The notes below the pieces were generated by a model. That model did not search any database, was not told where the DNA came from, and worked only from the letters and a program-made list of their open reading frames with translations. Both the position numbers and the translations under genes were made by a program. Shown here one piece after another: positions 36,401 through 48,351 of a stretch of 64,000 nucleotides of DNA. Position 1 is the first letter of the stretch. Each line of letters starts with the position of its first letter. Source of the stretch: Eremomyces bilateralis CBS 781.70 (taxonomy: Eukaryota); NCBI GenBank assembly GCA_010015585.1, contig ML975163.1. One strand, written 5' to 3'.

Positions 36401-39183
36401 TGGCTTGAGTCCGCGGACTCCAAAAGCTCGAAGTCTACGAAACCATTGCAAGAAGACTCGAACTACCTTGGAGAATTCGAAGAGAGCTCGTACCAGCGCT
36501 GGGTCGCAGAGACACTGTTGCACCGCGAGAAAGATGCCCGAGATAAAAAGGAGAAGGCCCGCCGCAAAACACTCGCTGACCCAAAGGAGACCAAAGGACT
36601 CAAGCTAAAGGAAGCTGCTGTCACAAATCTCATTTCGCAGCTCGAAGCTGTGGAAAAGGCGCTTCTCGAGCGCGGCGCAAAGAAGTTCTACGAGCTGTAC
36701 CCCGACATCCCGGTTCCTTCTGATCGGCCACATTACAGTGGGTGTGCTTGTTGTCATCCTAAGGTCGAGGAAGAGTTCAAGATCCAGTTCACTTTCAATG
36801 ATGGTATCGGTTCGCACCCCGATGAAAAGCAAGAGGGCTTCGTCAAGTTGTAAGTCAGCAACGTCTTCTGGCGTCAAGGAACCCCGAACAGTGTTCGAGT
36901 ATAGTGATGACTGACATTTGTCCAGATTCGAGGCGGCTTGGGCTGGTGATCTTGAAACGATCAAAAGACTGACCTTGGCCACTTGGGGCAAAGATAATGA
37001 CCAATCTCCCCTCAAGCTGGTGGCAACGGACCAGCTGGGCCACTCTCCCTTCCAGCTGGCAGTACTCCGAGGCCATCTGGAAGCCGCTTTCGGAATGCTT
37101 CAAGTTGTTCAGATACAATACCTTCCTCGGGAAGACCCTCAGGAGCGCTACATCCTTCATGACGGCCACACCAGCGACGAAACCGACAACGAGAGCGACG
37201 GAACCAACGACGAAAGCGACAGCAAAAGCGACAGCGAAAGCGACGATTCCATCCATGTCTACAAGACTGTTATGGATGATACTTTCACGATCGAGAATAT
37301 TGGTGAAGTGTCGTCGCAAGTGAAGAGCCGCGTCACTGCCGTCAAATGCCTCAATCGTGGGGTCGGAGCCTTTGGCGAGGAACTTGCGAACGAGAACCGT
37401 AGCAAAGGTGATCCAATCTTCTATGGAAATCAAGGCCTTTTCGGCTTTGCTGTGTTCACGGATGATATGAAGCTCTTTCAGTGGCTGCTTGACATTGGGT
37501 TGAAGTTTCAGCGAGAGTTTCCTGGAACCTCCGACGGCGACAATCCCCCAACGATATTCACCATCAATCCCGAAGCCTTCCAGGTGGCCATGCGGCTTGG
37601 ACGCACGAAGTTCCTTGCGGAGATGTTGAAGCAAACTGGTGTTGGTCTTCCATTGGAGGAACTCGTCAAGAAGAGCGGTGTGGAGATCAAGGAGAAACCC
37701 AAATACTATCAAGGCCTCTCTGTCCATGGAAAGAAGAGAAAGGACTGGGTAGCAAGGGGCAGAGGAATCGTCTTCAACAACAACATTTCCACTCAAAATC
37801 CCCCTCTTCTCATTGCCGCGAAGGATGGCAACATCGACACGATCGAATGGTTCATGAGTGAAGCTCCTTTGAGACACTTCAAAAAATTTACCGAAGATCA
37901 TGCCGATGATAAGAGGATCAAGCATCTGGCCTCCCTCCGTGGGGGAATAGATAAGACGCTGTCCACATTCCTTGGAGTCCGATGTAAGTGCATGCCCAAT
38001 GACTGCTATATCTGCGCTAACCGGAGCCACAGCCGGACTCGCTCTTCATTGTGTGGTGATGTCCAAGCCGAAGGAGGATACGCCGGAGGTCCTCCAATAC
38101 TTGATCGATGCCATGCCTTCCGCAATCGACAGTCGCTCTCAGGAAGGTTGGACACCTCTGATGCTCGCCTTCTCGCTTCATCGCCATACCTTAGCGAAGG
38201 TCCTCATCGATGCTGGCTCGAATCAGACTCTTCGCGACAAAATCGGTTGCAATCTCGCCCATCATATCGTGTGCCCGGCACCCTGCATTCTATTCCATAA
38301 GCCGCTGATCATCCGCCTCGAAAAGGATAGCTATCGTGGCTTCATAGAGCTGATTGATCCGCGTCTACGAAGCAACATGTTCGTGGAGCGGGCGAGTTGG
38401 GGCGCGGGCGCAATGACTCCTCTCTCCTATCTGATTTCGAAGAATCTCGGTGAGTGGTACCAAGGTGACCAAACCCTCCACGATCCACAGATCTCGCAGG
38501 TCATCAAGACGGTGCTTGCCTTCAGTGGTGGCGACGAACTCGAAATGATCAACGGCGAGGGCAACTCGCCGCTGCACACGGCGGTGCTGAACCGCCTGCC
38601 GCACATTGCTCGCACGCTGCTGGAGTTCCGTCCAGGTCTGCTATACCGCGAAAACGCCGTTGGCCGCACGCCGCTCGAGGTCGCGGAAGATGCAGCGGTG
38701 ATAAAAAAGACGGCCAATACTCCGACGTTGAGGAGAGATGCGTACGGGACTCTGCGACGACCGATATTTCTGAAGCAGACACTTGGAATGGACGGGACGC
38801 AATACTACGAAGCGGAGGAGAAAAAGAAGACAGGCGATGCCCAGGGTTCCGAAGATAGTAAGGAAGAGACGATGCTGAAACTGTGCCGGTCGTTCGCGGA
38901 GAAGATGGCGGCGGACGGAGAGCCGGTCAAGCGGAAGCTCGTGACCTTGTACGAGGCCAACGAAGTAGCTAAGCGGTTGGCAGCGAAGAGTAGCGAGAAT
39001 AACAAGGCCCGGCGCCGCACCTGGGCTACGGGAGACGACGACGGGGATGCGGAAGGTGAGGGCGTGAAAGAGGAGAACGTGAGAGACGAGGTGGATGAAT
39101 GGTTCGCATGGGCACATCAGGATTTAGATTTCGGCTGGGTGAAGAAAGGCAATGATGAGGATGAAGATGACGTGAATCTATGA
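33475..39183 (+). CDS. Large ankyrin-repeat protein with N-terminal nucleotidyltransferase-like domain; introns 34663-34714, 36850-36925, 37984-38032
   Basis: Three GTAAGT..AG introns join four long ORFs in frame. Ankyrin motifs GRTPLHLA, GRTALHIAA, SPLHLAII, GWTPLMLA, GNSPLHTAV; N-terminal VVVAGS...SDVDLFLY; long acidic tracts. Confidence 0.88.
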
Positions 39184-39452
39184 TGACGAACAAACGGATG
39201 GCGCTGCACAATGATCGACTAGTTTTCAGCGACCCGTAGGAAAAATTATCTCTTTTCTTGCTCTCGCAATTATAGTATATTCCATGGCTATTTCTCATTT
39301 TCCTCGACCGTGCTCCTCGATATCTTCCACAGCAATTTAATCTCGTCCTTAAATGGGTTGAAAATCGAACGAGCACAATGTTTGCGACTGGTATGCGATC
39401 GCTTTTTTCCGGTGACTCACGCACGATGTTTGGGTGTTGCTCCAATCCCCCG

Positions 39453-41388
39453 TCAATGCCTCCCTGGCCCTCGTGGCCTGGTCATCGGCGCACTTCGTCG
39501 CCCTCGCCGTGACCCGCCAAAGAACGCACCCAAGCCCGAACTTCCACCTCCCGAAAGTAGGTCTCCGAGGCCTCCGCTACCGCTAGGGTTGGCAGCAAGA
39601 CTTTCCAGGAGAGCACAGCCAGAGTCAACCGAGGTTGCGTTGATGAAAGTGATATCAGGGGAGTTGGGACCGCCGAGCTTGATGAGCGTGTTCTCTAATG
39701 TGTGGGGTCAGACCGCTGGGGATTGTCGAGAAGAAGGCACTTGTCACTCACTGGTAGGGTCATACACTGGCCACCCAAGCCTCGGCAGGTAATTCTCCGG
39801 GTCTTTTGCGAAACCACTCCACGCCGACATCAAGATCTGGCTAAAATTCCTCTCCGCCGGAATGTCAGGCATCCCGGAAACGAACTCCGACGTCCCAAAA
39901 ACGGGGGCGAGTTCAGCGCCATGCCAGGCGCCTTGGACGCCGATGTCCTGGTTCGGCCATGTTGCGGCGTACAGATATCGCCAGACTTTCACACCTGCGT
40001 CCGCGCGTGCCTTCGCTGCTGAAGCGGCAGGACAGCTAAATGCCCCGTTCAGCACACCACCGGCGCCAGAGTCAGTTTGCGTGCAGTTTGTGGAGTTGCC
40101 ACCGACACAGGCAAGGAGGGTGAAGAGGGACAGTTCATTGTCTGTGTTGCCGACCAACGTAGGCTAAATTAAAGGTCAGTATAACCCGACACATCATCTG
40201 GACATGGCCATACCAGTTTCGCAAAATTACCTGCCGCACGACGAGCATTGTAGTCCGGAAATACGGTCTTATTATCCGCTGTCGGCGCGAAGGCAGTCAA
40301 CGCCGCAAGAGCACCACCCTCCGGAGTGGTCGCGTTCACGATAGCTTGCCAGGGCTTCGATCGCATGCACGCAAGGGTGGCTTCACCTGCATCGCGGCCA
40401 CCGCAGCCGAGCTTCTCGCTCGCTGAATACCAGCCGCCGCTGGTATCTCGGCCACCAACCATGGTGTTACTCGCCGTTCCAGACTGCGGGATGAAAGCGT
40501 GGACAATGGGGTCCTCGGTCCAGGCAAATGAGTAGATGTCTACGGAAGAGCCACCGGCACTCTGCCCGAATAGTGTGATGCGCTCCGGATCACCGCCGAA
40601 TTTGGCAATGTTGTCGCGAACCCATTCGACGCCGAGACGTTGATCGAGAAGACCGCCATTCAAGCCCGTCCCAAATGAGACACCTGGAAATCCGAAGATG
40701 TTGACACGATAGCTGTAGGAGATCAGCGAATGATGGACCGCTTAATAGATCATACACACTTGACGCTGACGACTATAACGTCCATATCATTTGCAAGACG
40801 GGCGCCATTGTAGGCAGGGCTCTGAGAGTTTCCGGAATTGAAGCCACCTCCGTAAATCCAGAGCAACACCGCCTTCGCCTTCTCACCCGTCTGGGGCTTG
40901 GTCCAAATGTTCAACGTCAAGCAGTCTTCGTCGAACACATCTCCTTTTTGCCCCAATATGTTGGCCAATTTCTCTGCGAAGGGTGGAAGGTTTTGAAACG
41001 CTGGTCCTGTCGTTGGCGCAATGGCCGCCGGACAGTCGCTGATCGAGTTAGTTATAAGATGATATGATGGATAGGACCATCATACGGAGACTGTCTCAAT
41101 TGTTAGCTGGTAATTCAATGCTGAAAATAACAGGTGTTTTACAAATTTGGCAGCGTCAATAGACCCGTTTCCCGTATATGGCTGCGGAGCTGCAAATCGC
41201 AGATCACCAACAGGTGGCTTCGCGTATGGAACGCCTAGATATTCCGACACCTCCGACTGCCATGACGACGCATGTCCTTTGATGGTTCCACTAGTTGTCT
41301 GCACCTCTTGCCCGATGTCCCAACAAGCGTAGGCATGTGAAGTGACAAAGGCCGCAAGTGTCGCAGTTCTCAAAGTAGAAAACATCAT
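39453..41388 (-). CDS. Secreted type-B carboxylesterase/cholinesterase-like alpha/beta hydrolase (multi-exon, includes 5-nt microexon)
   Basis: Signal peptide; YLGVPYAKPPVGDLRFAAP, EDCLTLNIW, WIYGGGF, NYRVNIFGFP, FGGDPERITLFGQSAG, GNTDNE, GAWHGAEL. Last exon KNTLIKLGGP...GRH* ends at 39453. Confidence 0.92.
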
Positions 41389-41852
41389 CGTAAAGAGTGA
41401 TTTTCAAAGTACTTGGCAAACCCAATTATCTTTGGTCTCATCAGATCAAGCTTTTGTAGACAGCGGGTCGTTATGTACTGAGCCAGGAAAGATGATTCCC
41501 GGTCATCTTTGCGATTTATCTGGGCATCCAATATTCCACCCTATCGGGAGCATACTCGGATTCTAGTTAGCGAGAACGACGAACAGAGATATATGGTACC
41601 AAATTGAGATCATATTGAGAGACTCTTCCGGAAGCTCGGAATTGTAAACGATGCGTAGAAATAGATGAAAGAGACACGCTATAGCACAACAATTAAGCGA
41701 GTCGATCGCGGAAGCGTACGACGGCGTAATTTAATAGACGGTTCACCGAGTGAGACCTAAAACAATGCGAGCAAGTTTATATGCGTTGGGGTCAAGGCAC
41801 ACACACAACTCACTCTGTGCCCCTGTTATCGAATACATTCTGTCTTCGATTA

Positions 41853-41898
41853 TACTATGTACAGAAGCCAATTTGTACTATGTACAGAAGCCAATTTG
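41853..41898. repeat. Perfect 23-bp tandem duplication TACTATGTACAGAAGCCAATTTG x2
   Basis: Two exact adjacent copies in the divergent intergenic region. Confidence 0.9.
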
Positions 41899-42928
41899 GC
41901 TTTGGTAGATTTGGGGCTAGCTCGGTCTCATGTAGATGGAGATATGGAAAGTCATCAACAAGATCAGATTGAGAACCGATGATCGCTGGCCACCAAGTGC
42001 TCCTCTAATAGATACTTGATAGGATAGGATCTTCGATAAGTTACTTTGTTGAACGTGAGCATGTAGGAAAATAGTCCTCCATCCTCCTATGATGCGGCGG
42101 ATTTCCTACCTTGATTTCGGAGCTAGTGTTAGAAGTGGGGAACAGGAACAAAAGTTGTTGGGTGTCACCATCTGATATCAGCGTGCACCTCGGAAGAATA
42201 TTATAGTAGCAAAGCTATTCCGTACCGATAACATGGTGGTTATTTCTACAAAAGGTAGATTGTGGATTGTGAAGGAGCAGAAGATCTTCATGAGTTCCTC
42301 TCTCTTGTCTTGGAGTGCTTGGTGATGTGATTTGTGGTGATGGCTGATGTACGGGCCATGCACCAATGCACTGCACGTAATGGACATTACATAATATTGA
42401 TGCCTTACAGCTGACCTCAGACTCTAACCTCATGCCTCAGGCTCCTAAATCGCGTGTGGGTCTGCCGGCCTTCCACCACATCAATCAAATCCATCAAATC
42501 GGATCATACCCGTACCTATGCATCAGCCTACGTGTTGTCGCAGCCTTCTGCTTGCCACTTCACCCATAGTATCAAACTATCACCTTCGGCTGCTTTCCAG
42601 CACTGCAAGGTTTGACTATGTATTGCATTCATAGCGAAGGCTGAAGGCTATAGCTTTGTTGACGCTACAGGATTTTGCCCCTATCACGGCCAAGCAACAG
42701 CACTCCATCCTTGGACTCAAGTTTCGACCGCATCTATCGCATTTCTTCGGCGTTCCTGAAAGTTCTGAATATTCGAACTTGGTCAATATTTACAACCTTG
42801 ATCGACATAGAATCCACCAGGACGCCGTGCCTTTTGCTATCTGTCGTCAACTATATTAGCATTTCCTCCGCAATCTTTTGGCTTGAAGTCCTATCAACCT
42901 ATTTAACGAAGCCATTCCGTCACTCAAT

Positions 42929-45900
42929 ATGGATCTCAGTCGTCTTCGACAACAAACTATAGCAGGCGGAGGGGAAGAGGAGGCTGTCACGGTCAATACA
43001 AGAGCTCTGATTGATAAAGTGTTAGCAAGATACTCCAGCGACTTCACTACCCTTCGAGAACTTGTCCAGAATGCAGCGGATGCTAAGAGTTCGAAAGTCA
43101 CGATCAAACTTGAGACTCTGCCCTCCATCACCATACCTCTTCCTGCTGGGGAAGAATCGTCTGAGTTGCTCAAACATACTCTTCGCCACCATACAGTTCA
43201 GAGAATTGTCGTCAGCAATGATGGCGAGTATTTCCGTGAAGAAGATTGGACTCGGTTGAAGCGCATTGCAGAAGGTAACCCGGACGAAACGAAAATTGGT
43301 GCCTTTGGGGTCGGGTTTTACAGTGTCTTCGCGGACTGCGAGGAGCCATTTGTTGTTTCAGGGCATCAGACTATGGCATTCTTCTGGAAGAACAATAGCC
43401 TTTTTACACAGTCCGGTAGGCTGGACACAAGCAAAGCCGGCTCTGACACAACATTTCTACTCGATTACCGGGAAAAGAACACACCTGTCCCTGATCTGCT
43501 AGCGCTATGCCGGTTTCTCTGCACTAGCATCACATTCATCGCTCTACAGAAAATAGAGCTGTGGGTGGACAGCTATCCAGTTTTCGAGCTGCACAAGATC
43601 ACCGCGCCAGAATCTGCGGTATCGGTCCCGCCTGGTATTCGGACGCAAACCAAGGATGGACTCTTGCGAATATCGAGCGTGAACCACCGCAACGGTCAGA
43701 TCCATTGCAAATGGATGAATATCATTGCTTGGTCAAGGACCGAAGCGAAAGCTGCTGTGCAGCAGGAAGACTCACTCGGTGCTATTCCAAGTCTCAGGAC
43801 GATTTTTGGCAAGTTTAGTAAGAGTGCTGCTACGCGAAGAAAAGAAGAGGAACGAGCAGCTGCACAAGCAGCTGTGAGCGAAGACGCGGCTGGATTCTCA
43901 ACTGCCACAGTTTTCTTCCGCCTGAGCACCCTCGGTATCATCTCTTCCGTCTCACCAAAATTCGCTAGAGAACTGGAGCGCGCGACCAAGAAGCCACCGC
44001 CAAAGCAGACGAGGATGGAGATATTAACATCGCCTAAAGATGAGACTGCCGCTTCATTCTCATCGCTTAGCGGTACCACCTCCAGCCAAGCCAAAGTCCT
44101 ATTCGAATCTGTCTTGCCACAGGAGCATGGTCGGATATACATTGGATTCCCAACTTCTCAAACCACCGGATATCTTTGCCATATCGCGGCGCCTTCCGTT
44201 ATTCCAACGGTGGAGCGGGAATCGATTGACTTAAATGCCCGGCATGTCAGTACGTGGAATATTGCAATGCTATATATGGCCGGCATCGCCTGTCGTATTG
44301 CCTATTCCAATGAAATGAACGATCTGAGCAAGCGGCTACAAAAACACGCTGAAAATAACGGGTCAAGAGAAGTTCGTTCCGAAGATGTCTCGGAGTTCAT
44401 TCCTGCTGCTGCGAACATTTTCAAGCAGTACACTCCTATCAATACGACCCCGTCATCCGCAGTCGGTCGATGCATTGAGGAAGGATTTTGGGAGTGCTCA
44501 ACGCAAAATCGAATCGAATTGCTCTCCACAAAAGGCGTGCGCCTAAGCGATGGGGTTCGGGTCAGCGATAAATCGTTGGCATTCATCGAGTCAATTCCGA
44601 TCGTCCCGCAGATTATTATGGAAGAATCTGGGGGCTTCTTTCAAGCGCTTTTCTCAAGGGGGATGCTCTCAGCCGTCACTATCCCGGACATACGGAAAGA
44701 GCTGGAGAGCCGCGTCCTCAGCGAGAGTGAAGCTATCCAGATGCTACGATGGGCAGCAAGCGAGCAGAACGAGGGCCTGTCTCAGGCAGTTGTGAAAGAT
44801 ATAGTCACTAGAGCAGTCATGACTTTGAAGAATGTCGATGCTGCACCTAGCAAGAACCAGGATGGAGATTCGGGAAGAGTTTTAATGCTCGGAAGCATCA
44901 ATACCTATCTACCCAACTCCGTCACTTTCTCCGACATCACCATACCGGAGCACACAATCCCGCTTCAATTGTCGAAACAGCTAACAAAAAAAGAAATGGT
45001 GATCTTCGGCTGGGAAGAGCTGCACGTCACGAGTTGGCTGGAGTACGTTGTCGAAACTGCCCCTAAGGATGGTCCGACCTCCCTTTCAAATCCAGACTAC
45101 GTCGTTCGAATACTTGGTGTCCTCTCTCGGCAGTGGGGATCGATCCCAACAGCTGCTAAGGACAAGATTGTGGCCATGTTGAGCAACCGCCCAATACTTC
45201 CGACAAACAAAGGCATGAAAACACCCAAAGAGGCCTACTTTCCTCAGGCAGCGAGAAGCTTTCCTGACCTTGCTGTTATTGTCCCCGAGCTGCATAAGCT
45301 GAAGGACGCCTTTCTAAAAGCCTTGGGAGTCCGCCTCACCCTGGATCTCAACCTCCTAATAGAGCGGATAATTGCGCCGGAGTCCTCAGATCCCTTGACC
45401 TTGTTCGAGATCGTCAAATACCTTGCGTCGGTATCTAATGACATCCCTGAAGACGAACGAAAGCTGTTGCGGACAAAAGCAGTTTGGCCTGCTGAGCGGA
45501 GTCTTCCAAATGTTAAAGTGCACTCTAGGAGATATCAGATTTCCGAGCTCTTCGAGCCGAGCGAAGAACATAAGCGGCTAGGCCTGCTTGTTCTACGCTG
45601 GCCTAGCGACCGATATCTTGACTCGAGAGAGATGAGATTCCTGAAGGGATTGGGTCTTCGGGTTGCACCGACCAGGGAGAAGCTGATGGAAGTCATACAG
45701 CTTAGCGTCGGAGGGGATCTACCCCAGATATATAATGCTGCCCTCGAAAGGTTCGTCCAGGATACTTCTAGAGACGACTATCTGGCTGCCATACTCCGAG
45801 ATAAGATCGCTTTCATTCCAGCCGATAATGTTCCGTGGCCACGGGTATTTCCGCCAGATCAGCTCTTCACAAATGACAAGGCCACTGTCTTTGGATACCA

Positions 45901-48067
45901 AATCCTCCCTCCTCGCTTGAGAACCTATGCTGCTAGGTTAGCGGTACGAGAGGATCCGCCAATACACGATTGCATTTCAAAGCTTATATCAACCGCAAAG
46001 CCGACCTCCTTTACCGATGCGATTGCCAAGTTCGAGTACCTTGCTCCACGAGTCGGCGAGATAGACAAGAGGACTATGGACATTTTAAGCTCGTCCGAGA
46101 TAGTTCCCATCTTCAAGGACAAGCGGATTATCCGCTACGCTGCCCCGAAATTATGCATCCTAGGGTCATCTTCCCACTTGTTGGGGGACGTTTTTGATTT
46201 CGTTAGTTTCAACACGACGGCCGATTATCTCCTTACGCATCTAGGCACTAAATTGGAGCCGACTACAGTGGACATTGGCCAAATCCTTGTTCGACACTGG
46301 GATCAGATCCTTCAGAAAGCCGGTGCAGAAGGGTATCTAGAACTTCTTCGAAAGCTTGCTTCAAACGTCGATGCGTTGAAAACTTCCAAGCAACTCTGGA
46401 AAGATTTAAAGTCAGCAGGCTGCCTCCTGGCATTCCAGGATGCCACCAAGCCGCAGTCCAAGGCCAAGGCGGAACCGGATGATGACCTGTACGAGGATGA
46501 ACCAGTTGAGCGTACTTGGCATCTGAAGGATGTGAGAAACATTGTCATGGTCGATTCGATACAGGAGTATGCAAAGTTCCGAGATGTGCTCTTCTCTGCT
46601 CCTCAAGATGATGTGTTGGAGCGCTTCTACAAGGAGCTTGGAGTCCCAAACCTAAGCTCAATGATTCAGACCAGCCATCGACTTGGTCCACCAGTGAGGG
46701 ACCAGCGCGAGGCTACGACATTGCATAAGCAGCTCTGCGAGCGATCGAGAGTGTTTTTGTATGATCACAGCAGATCCAGTGTTCTTCATGATGCTTCATG
46801 GGTCGAGAAACGGCTGAAAGTCGTTCTGATTGAGAATCTTACCCGCCATTCTCGACTCGCTGGCCACAACGCAAGCTACAAGGAACGAAAAAGTGCATCG
46901 ATGTTTGAGAAGAGCAAGGACGATATCACGATGTACATCACGCCCCATGCCGATATGTACGACGTCGCAATAGCTTTGGTGCCCCATCTCCTCAAGAACC
47001 CTAAACACAACGACATTATTGCGCTAGAGATGATATTAGCGACAGACCTTCGCCGTCTGCGTGCAAAAGGCTACAATGTCGACCGCATTCTCAGAGCTCG
47101 AGAGCTCGAGCATCGGGTTGCACAACAGCAGAAACCACCAGTGGCGCCACCCCAGCCTCCGGCACCTCCGCCCCCGGCAATCAAGGACGCGTCACCGAAT
47201 GTGCAACCAGATTCAGAAAAGTCAAAAGGAACCATGTCGATACCGATCCACAATGCAGGGGAGAATGCCAAAACGCCCAAGAAAGAGCCGAAAAACTACT
47301 TACACGACGCTCTCGGTGCATTCGGTTTCACTATGCCGGGCGCATTCGGATCCGACGACAGTCCTCCGCACCAGGCTCCTGTCGCTCCCAATCAACAACA
47401 ATCGCTCCAACCGCCACCGCCGTATGAGCCGACGCAAAAACCGCATACGCCACCCCCTCACGACCCCCTCCGGCTACAGCGTACGCTTCAGCAAGCCATC
47501 GGCATGTCTCGGCCGTCAAACGCCAACAGTGTCTTTTCCCAACCCACTCAGCGGCAGCTCACCGATTCTCGGACATCATATTGTGATGCCACCCCGGCTC
47601 AAGATCTTGTCCGGCACGGCGACGTCATTGCAGGTATGCCGCTGTACCTCTTCCGCTCGGATCTGCAGTCCATGCAATCTCGGCTGCGCGAGCACCATCA
47701 TTCGCTTAACATTGTGGTGTTGGCGCGGATACTTCTCGCTCTCGGCGATTCCATGGGGATCCCCAAGGGGGCGCTGAATGTCTTCTGGGCCGAAGATGGC
47801 CGATCGATTGCGTTCAATAAAGATGGGACGTTGTACTGCAATTACGCATTTGCGCAGGGGATCCAGTTCAACGATGCGAAGGCGTGGATCTACTGGTTTG
47901 TCACGCTGTGTCATGAATTGGCGCACAATTTGGTCAAGGAGCATAGTTCGGACCATGGGTTCTATACGGAATCGTTCGTTCATGAAATGATTTGGAACGT
48001 TTTAGACCGGGCGAGGGCAGAGGGTGTAGTAGCAGGCTCAGGCGATAAATTGGTCGACATAGACTAG
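42929..48067 (+). CDS. Intronless 1712-aa sacsin/NOV-like GHKL ATPase protein (DUF3684-type) with C-terminal HEXXH motif
   Basis: LRELVQNAADA, VSNDG, KIGAFGVGFYSVF (Bergerat-fold motifs); SVIPTVERESIDL; Pro-rich linker; IAFNKDGTLYCN...WFVTLCHELAHNLVKEHSSDHGFYTE. Confidence 0.88.
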   Translation: MDLSRLRQQTIAGGGEEEAVTVNTRALIDKVLARYSSDFTTLRELVQNAADAKSSKVTIKLETLPSITIPLPAGEESSELLKHTLRHHTVQRIVVSNDGEYFREEDWTRLKRIAEGNPDETKIGAFGVGFYSVFADCEEPFVVSGHQTMAFFWKNNSLFTQSGRLDTSKAGSDTTFLLDYREKNTPVPDLLALCRFLCTSITFIALQKIELWVDSYPVFELHKITAPESAVSVPPGIRTQTKDGLLRISSVNHRNGQIHCKWMNIIAWSRTEAKAAVQQEDSLGAIPSLRTIFGKFSKSAATRRKEEERAAAQAAVSEDAAGFSTATVFFRLSTLGIISSVSPKFARELERATKKPPPKQTRMEILTSPKDETAASFSSLSGTTSSQAKVLFESVLPQEHGRIYIGFPTSQTTGYLCHIAAPSVIPTVERESIDLNARHVSTWNIAMLYMAGIACRIAYSNEMNDLSKRLQKHAENNGSREVRSEDVSEFIPAAANIFKQYTPINTTPSSAVGRCIEEGFWECSTQNRIELLSTKGVRLSDGVRVSDKSLAFIESIPIVPQIIMEESGGFFQALFSRGMLSAVTIPDIRKELESRVLSESEAIQMLRWAASEQNEGLSQAVVKDIVTRAVMTLKNVDAAPSKNQDGDSGRVLMLGSINTYLPNSVTFSDITIPEHTIPLQLSKQLTKKEMVIFGWEELHVTSWLEYVVETAPKDGPTSLSNPDYVVRILGVLSRQWGSIPTAAKDKIVAMLSNRPILPTNKGMKTPKEAYFPQAARSFPDLAVIVPELHKLKDAFLKALGVRLTLDLNLLIERIIAPESSDPLTLFEIVKYLASVSNDIPEDERKLLRTKAVWPAERSLPNVKVHSRRYQISELFEPSEEHKRLGLLVLRWPSDRYLDSREMRFLKGLGLRVAPTREKLMEVIQLSVGGDLPQIYNAALERFVQDTSRDDYLAAILRDKIAFIPADNVPWPRVFPPDQLFTNDKATVFGYQILPPRLRTYAARLAVREDPPIHDCISKLISTAKPTSFTDAIAKFEYLAPRVGEIDKRTMDILSSSEIVPIFKDKRIIRYAAPKLCILGSSSHLLGDVFDFVSFNTTADYLLTHLGTKLEPTTVDIGQILVRHWDQILQKAGAEGYLELLRKLASNVDALKTSKQLWKDLKSAGCLLAFQDATKPQSKAKAEPDDDLYEDEPVERTWHLKDVRNIVMVDSIQEYAKFRDVLFSAPQDDVLERFYKELGVPNLSSMIQTSHRLGPPVRDQREATTLHKQLCERSRVFLYDHSRSSVLHDASWVEKRLKVVLIENLTRHSRLAGHNASYKERKSASMFEKSKDDITMYITPHADMYDVAIALVPHLLKNPKHNDIIALEMILATDLRRLRAKGYNVDRILRARELEHRVAQQQKPPVAPPQPPAPPPPAIKDASPNVQPDSEKSKGTMSIPIHNAGENAKTPKKEPKNYLHDALGAFGFTMPGAFGSDDSPPHQAPVAPNQQQSLQPPPPYEPTQKPHTPPPHDPLRLQRTLQQAIGMSRPSNANSVFSQPTQRQLTDSRTSYCDATPAQDLVRHGDVIAGMPLYLFRSDLQSMQSRLREHHHSLNIVVLARILLALGDSMGIPKGALNVFWAEDGRSIAFNKDGTLYCNYAFAQGIQFNDAKAWIYWFVTLCHELAHNLVKEHSSDHGFYTESFVHEMIWNVLDRARAEGVVAGSGDKLVDID

Positions 48068-48351
48068 AGGGAAGGAAAGTGGTATCCAATTAGACCTGGT
48101 TATTAATCTTTGTGCATAGCGAGCGTTGTATACTGAAATAGAACAGTTGTAGAAGGCAAATTGACCACACTTGATGATAGGCCTACAAGTGCAGCTTTGG
48201 CATGGAATGCAAATGTATGGCCAGAAAATTTCGATATCGCTGTAGCTAGTCACCATGGTGGCCTTCGAATATATCTAACCTATGTGAATTATGAAATAAC
48301 TATAGTCTTAGAGCGAACAACCGCTTGGTCTTGGTCTAGGTCCTTGGACGC

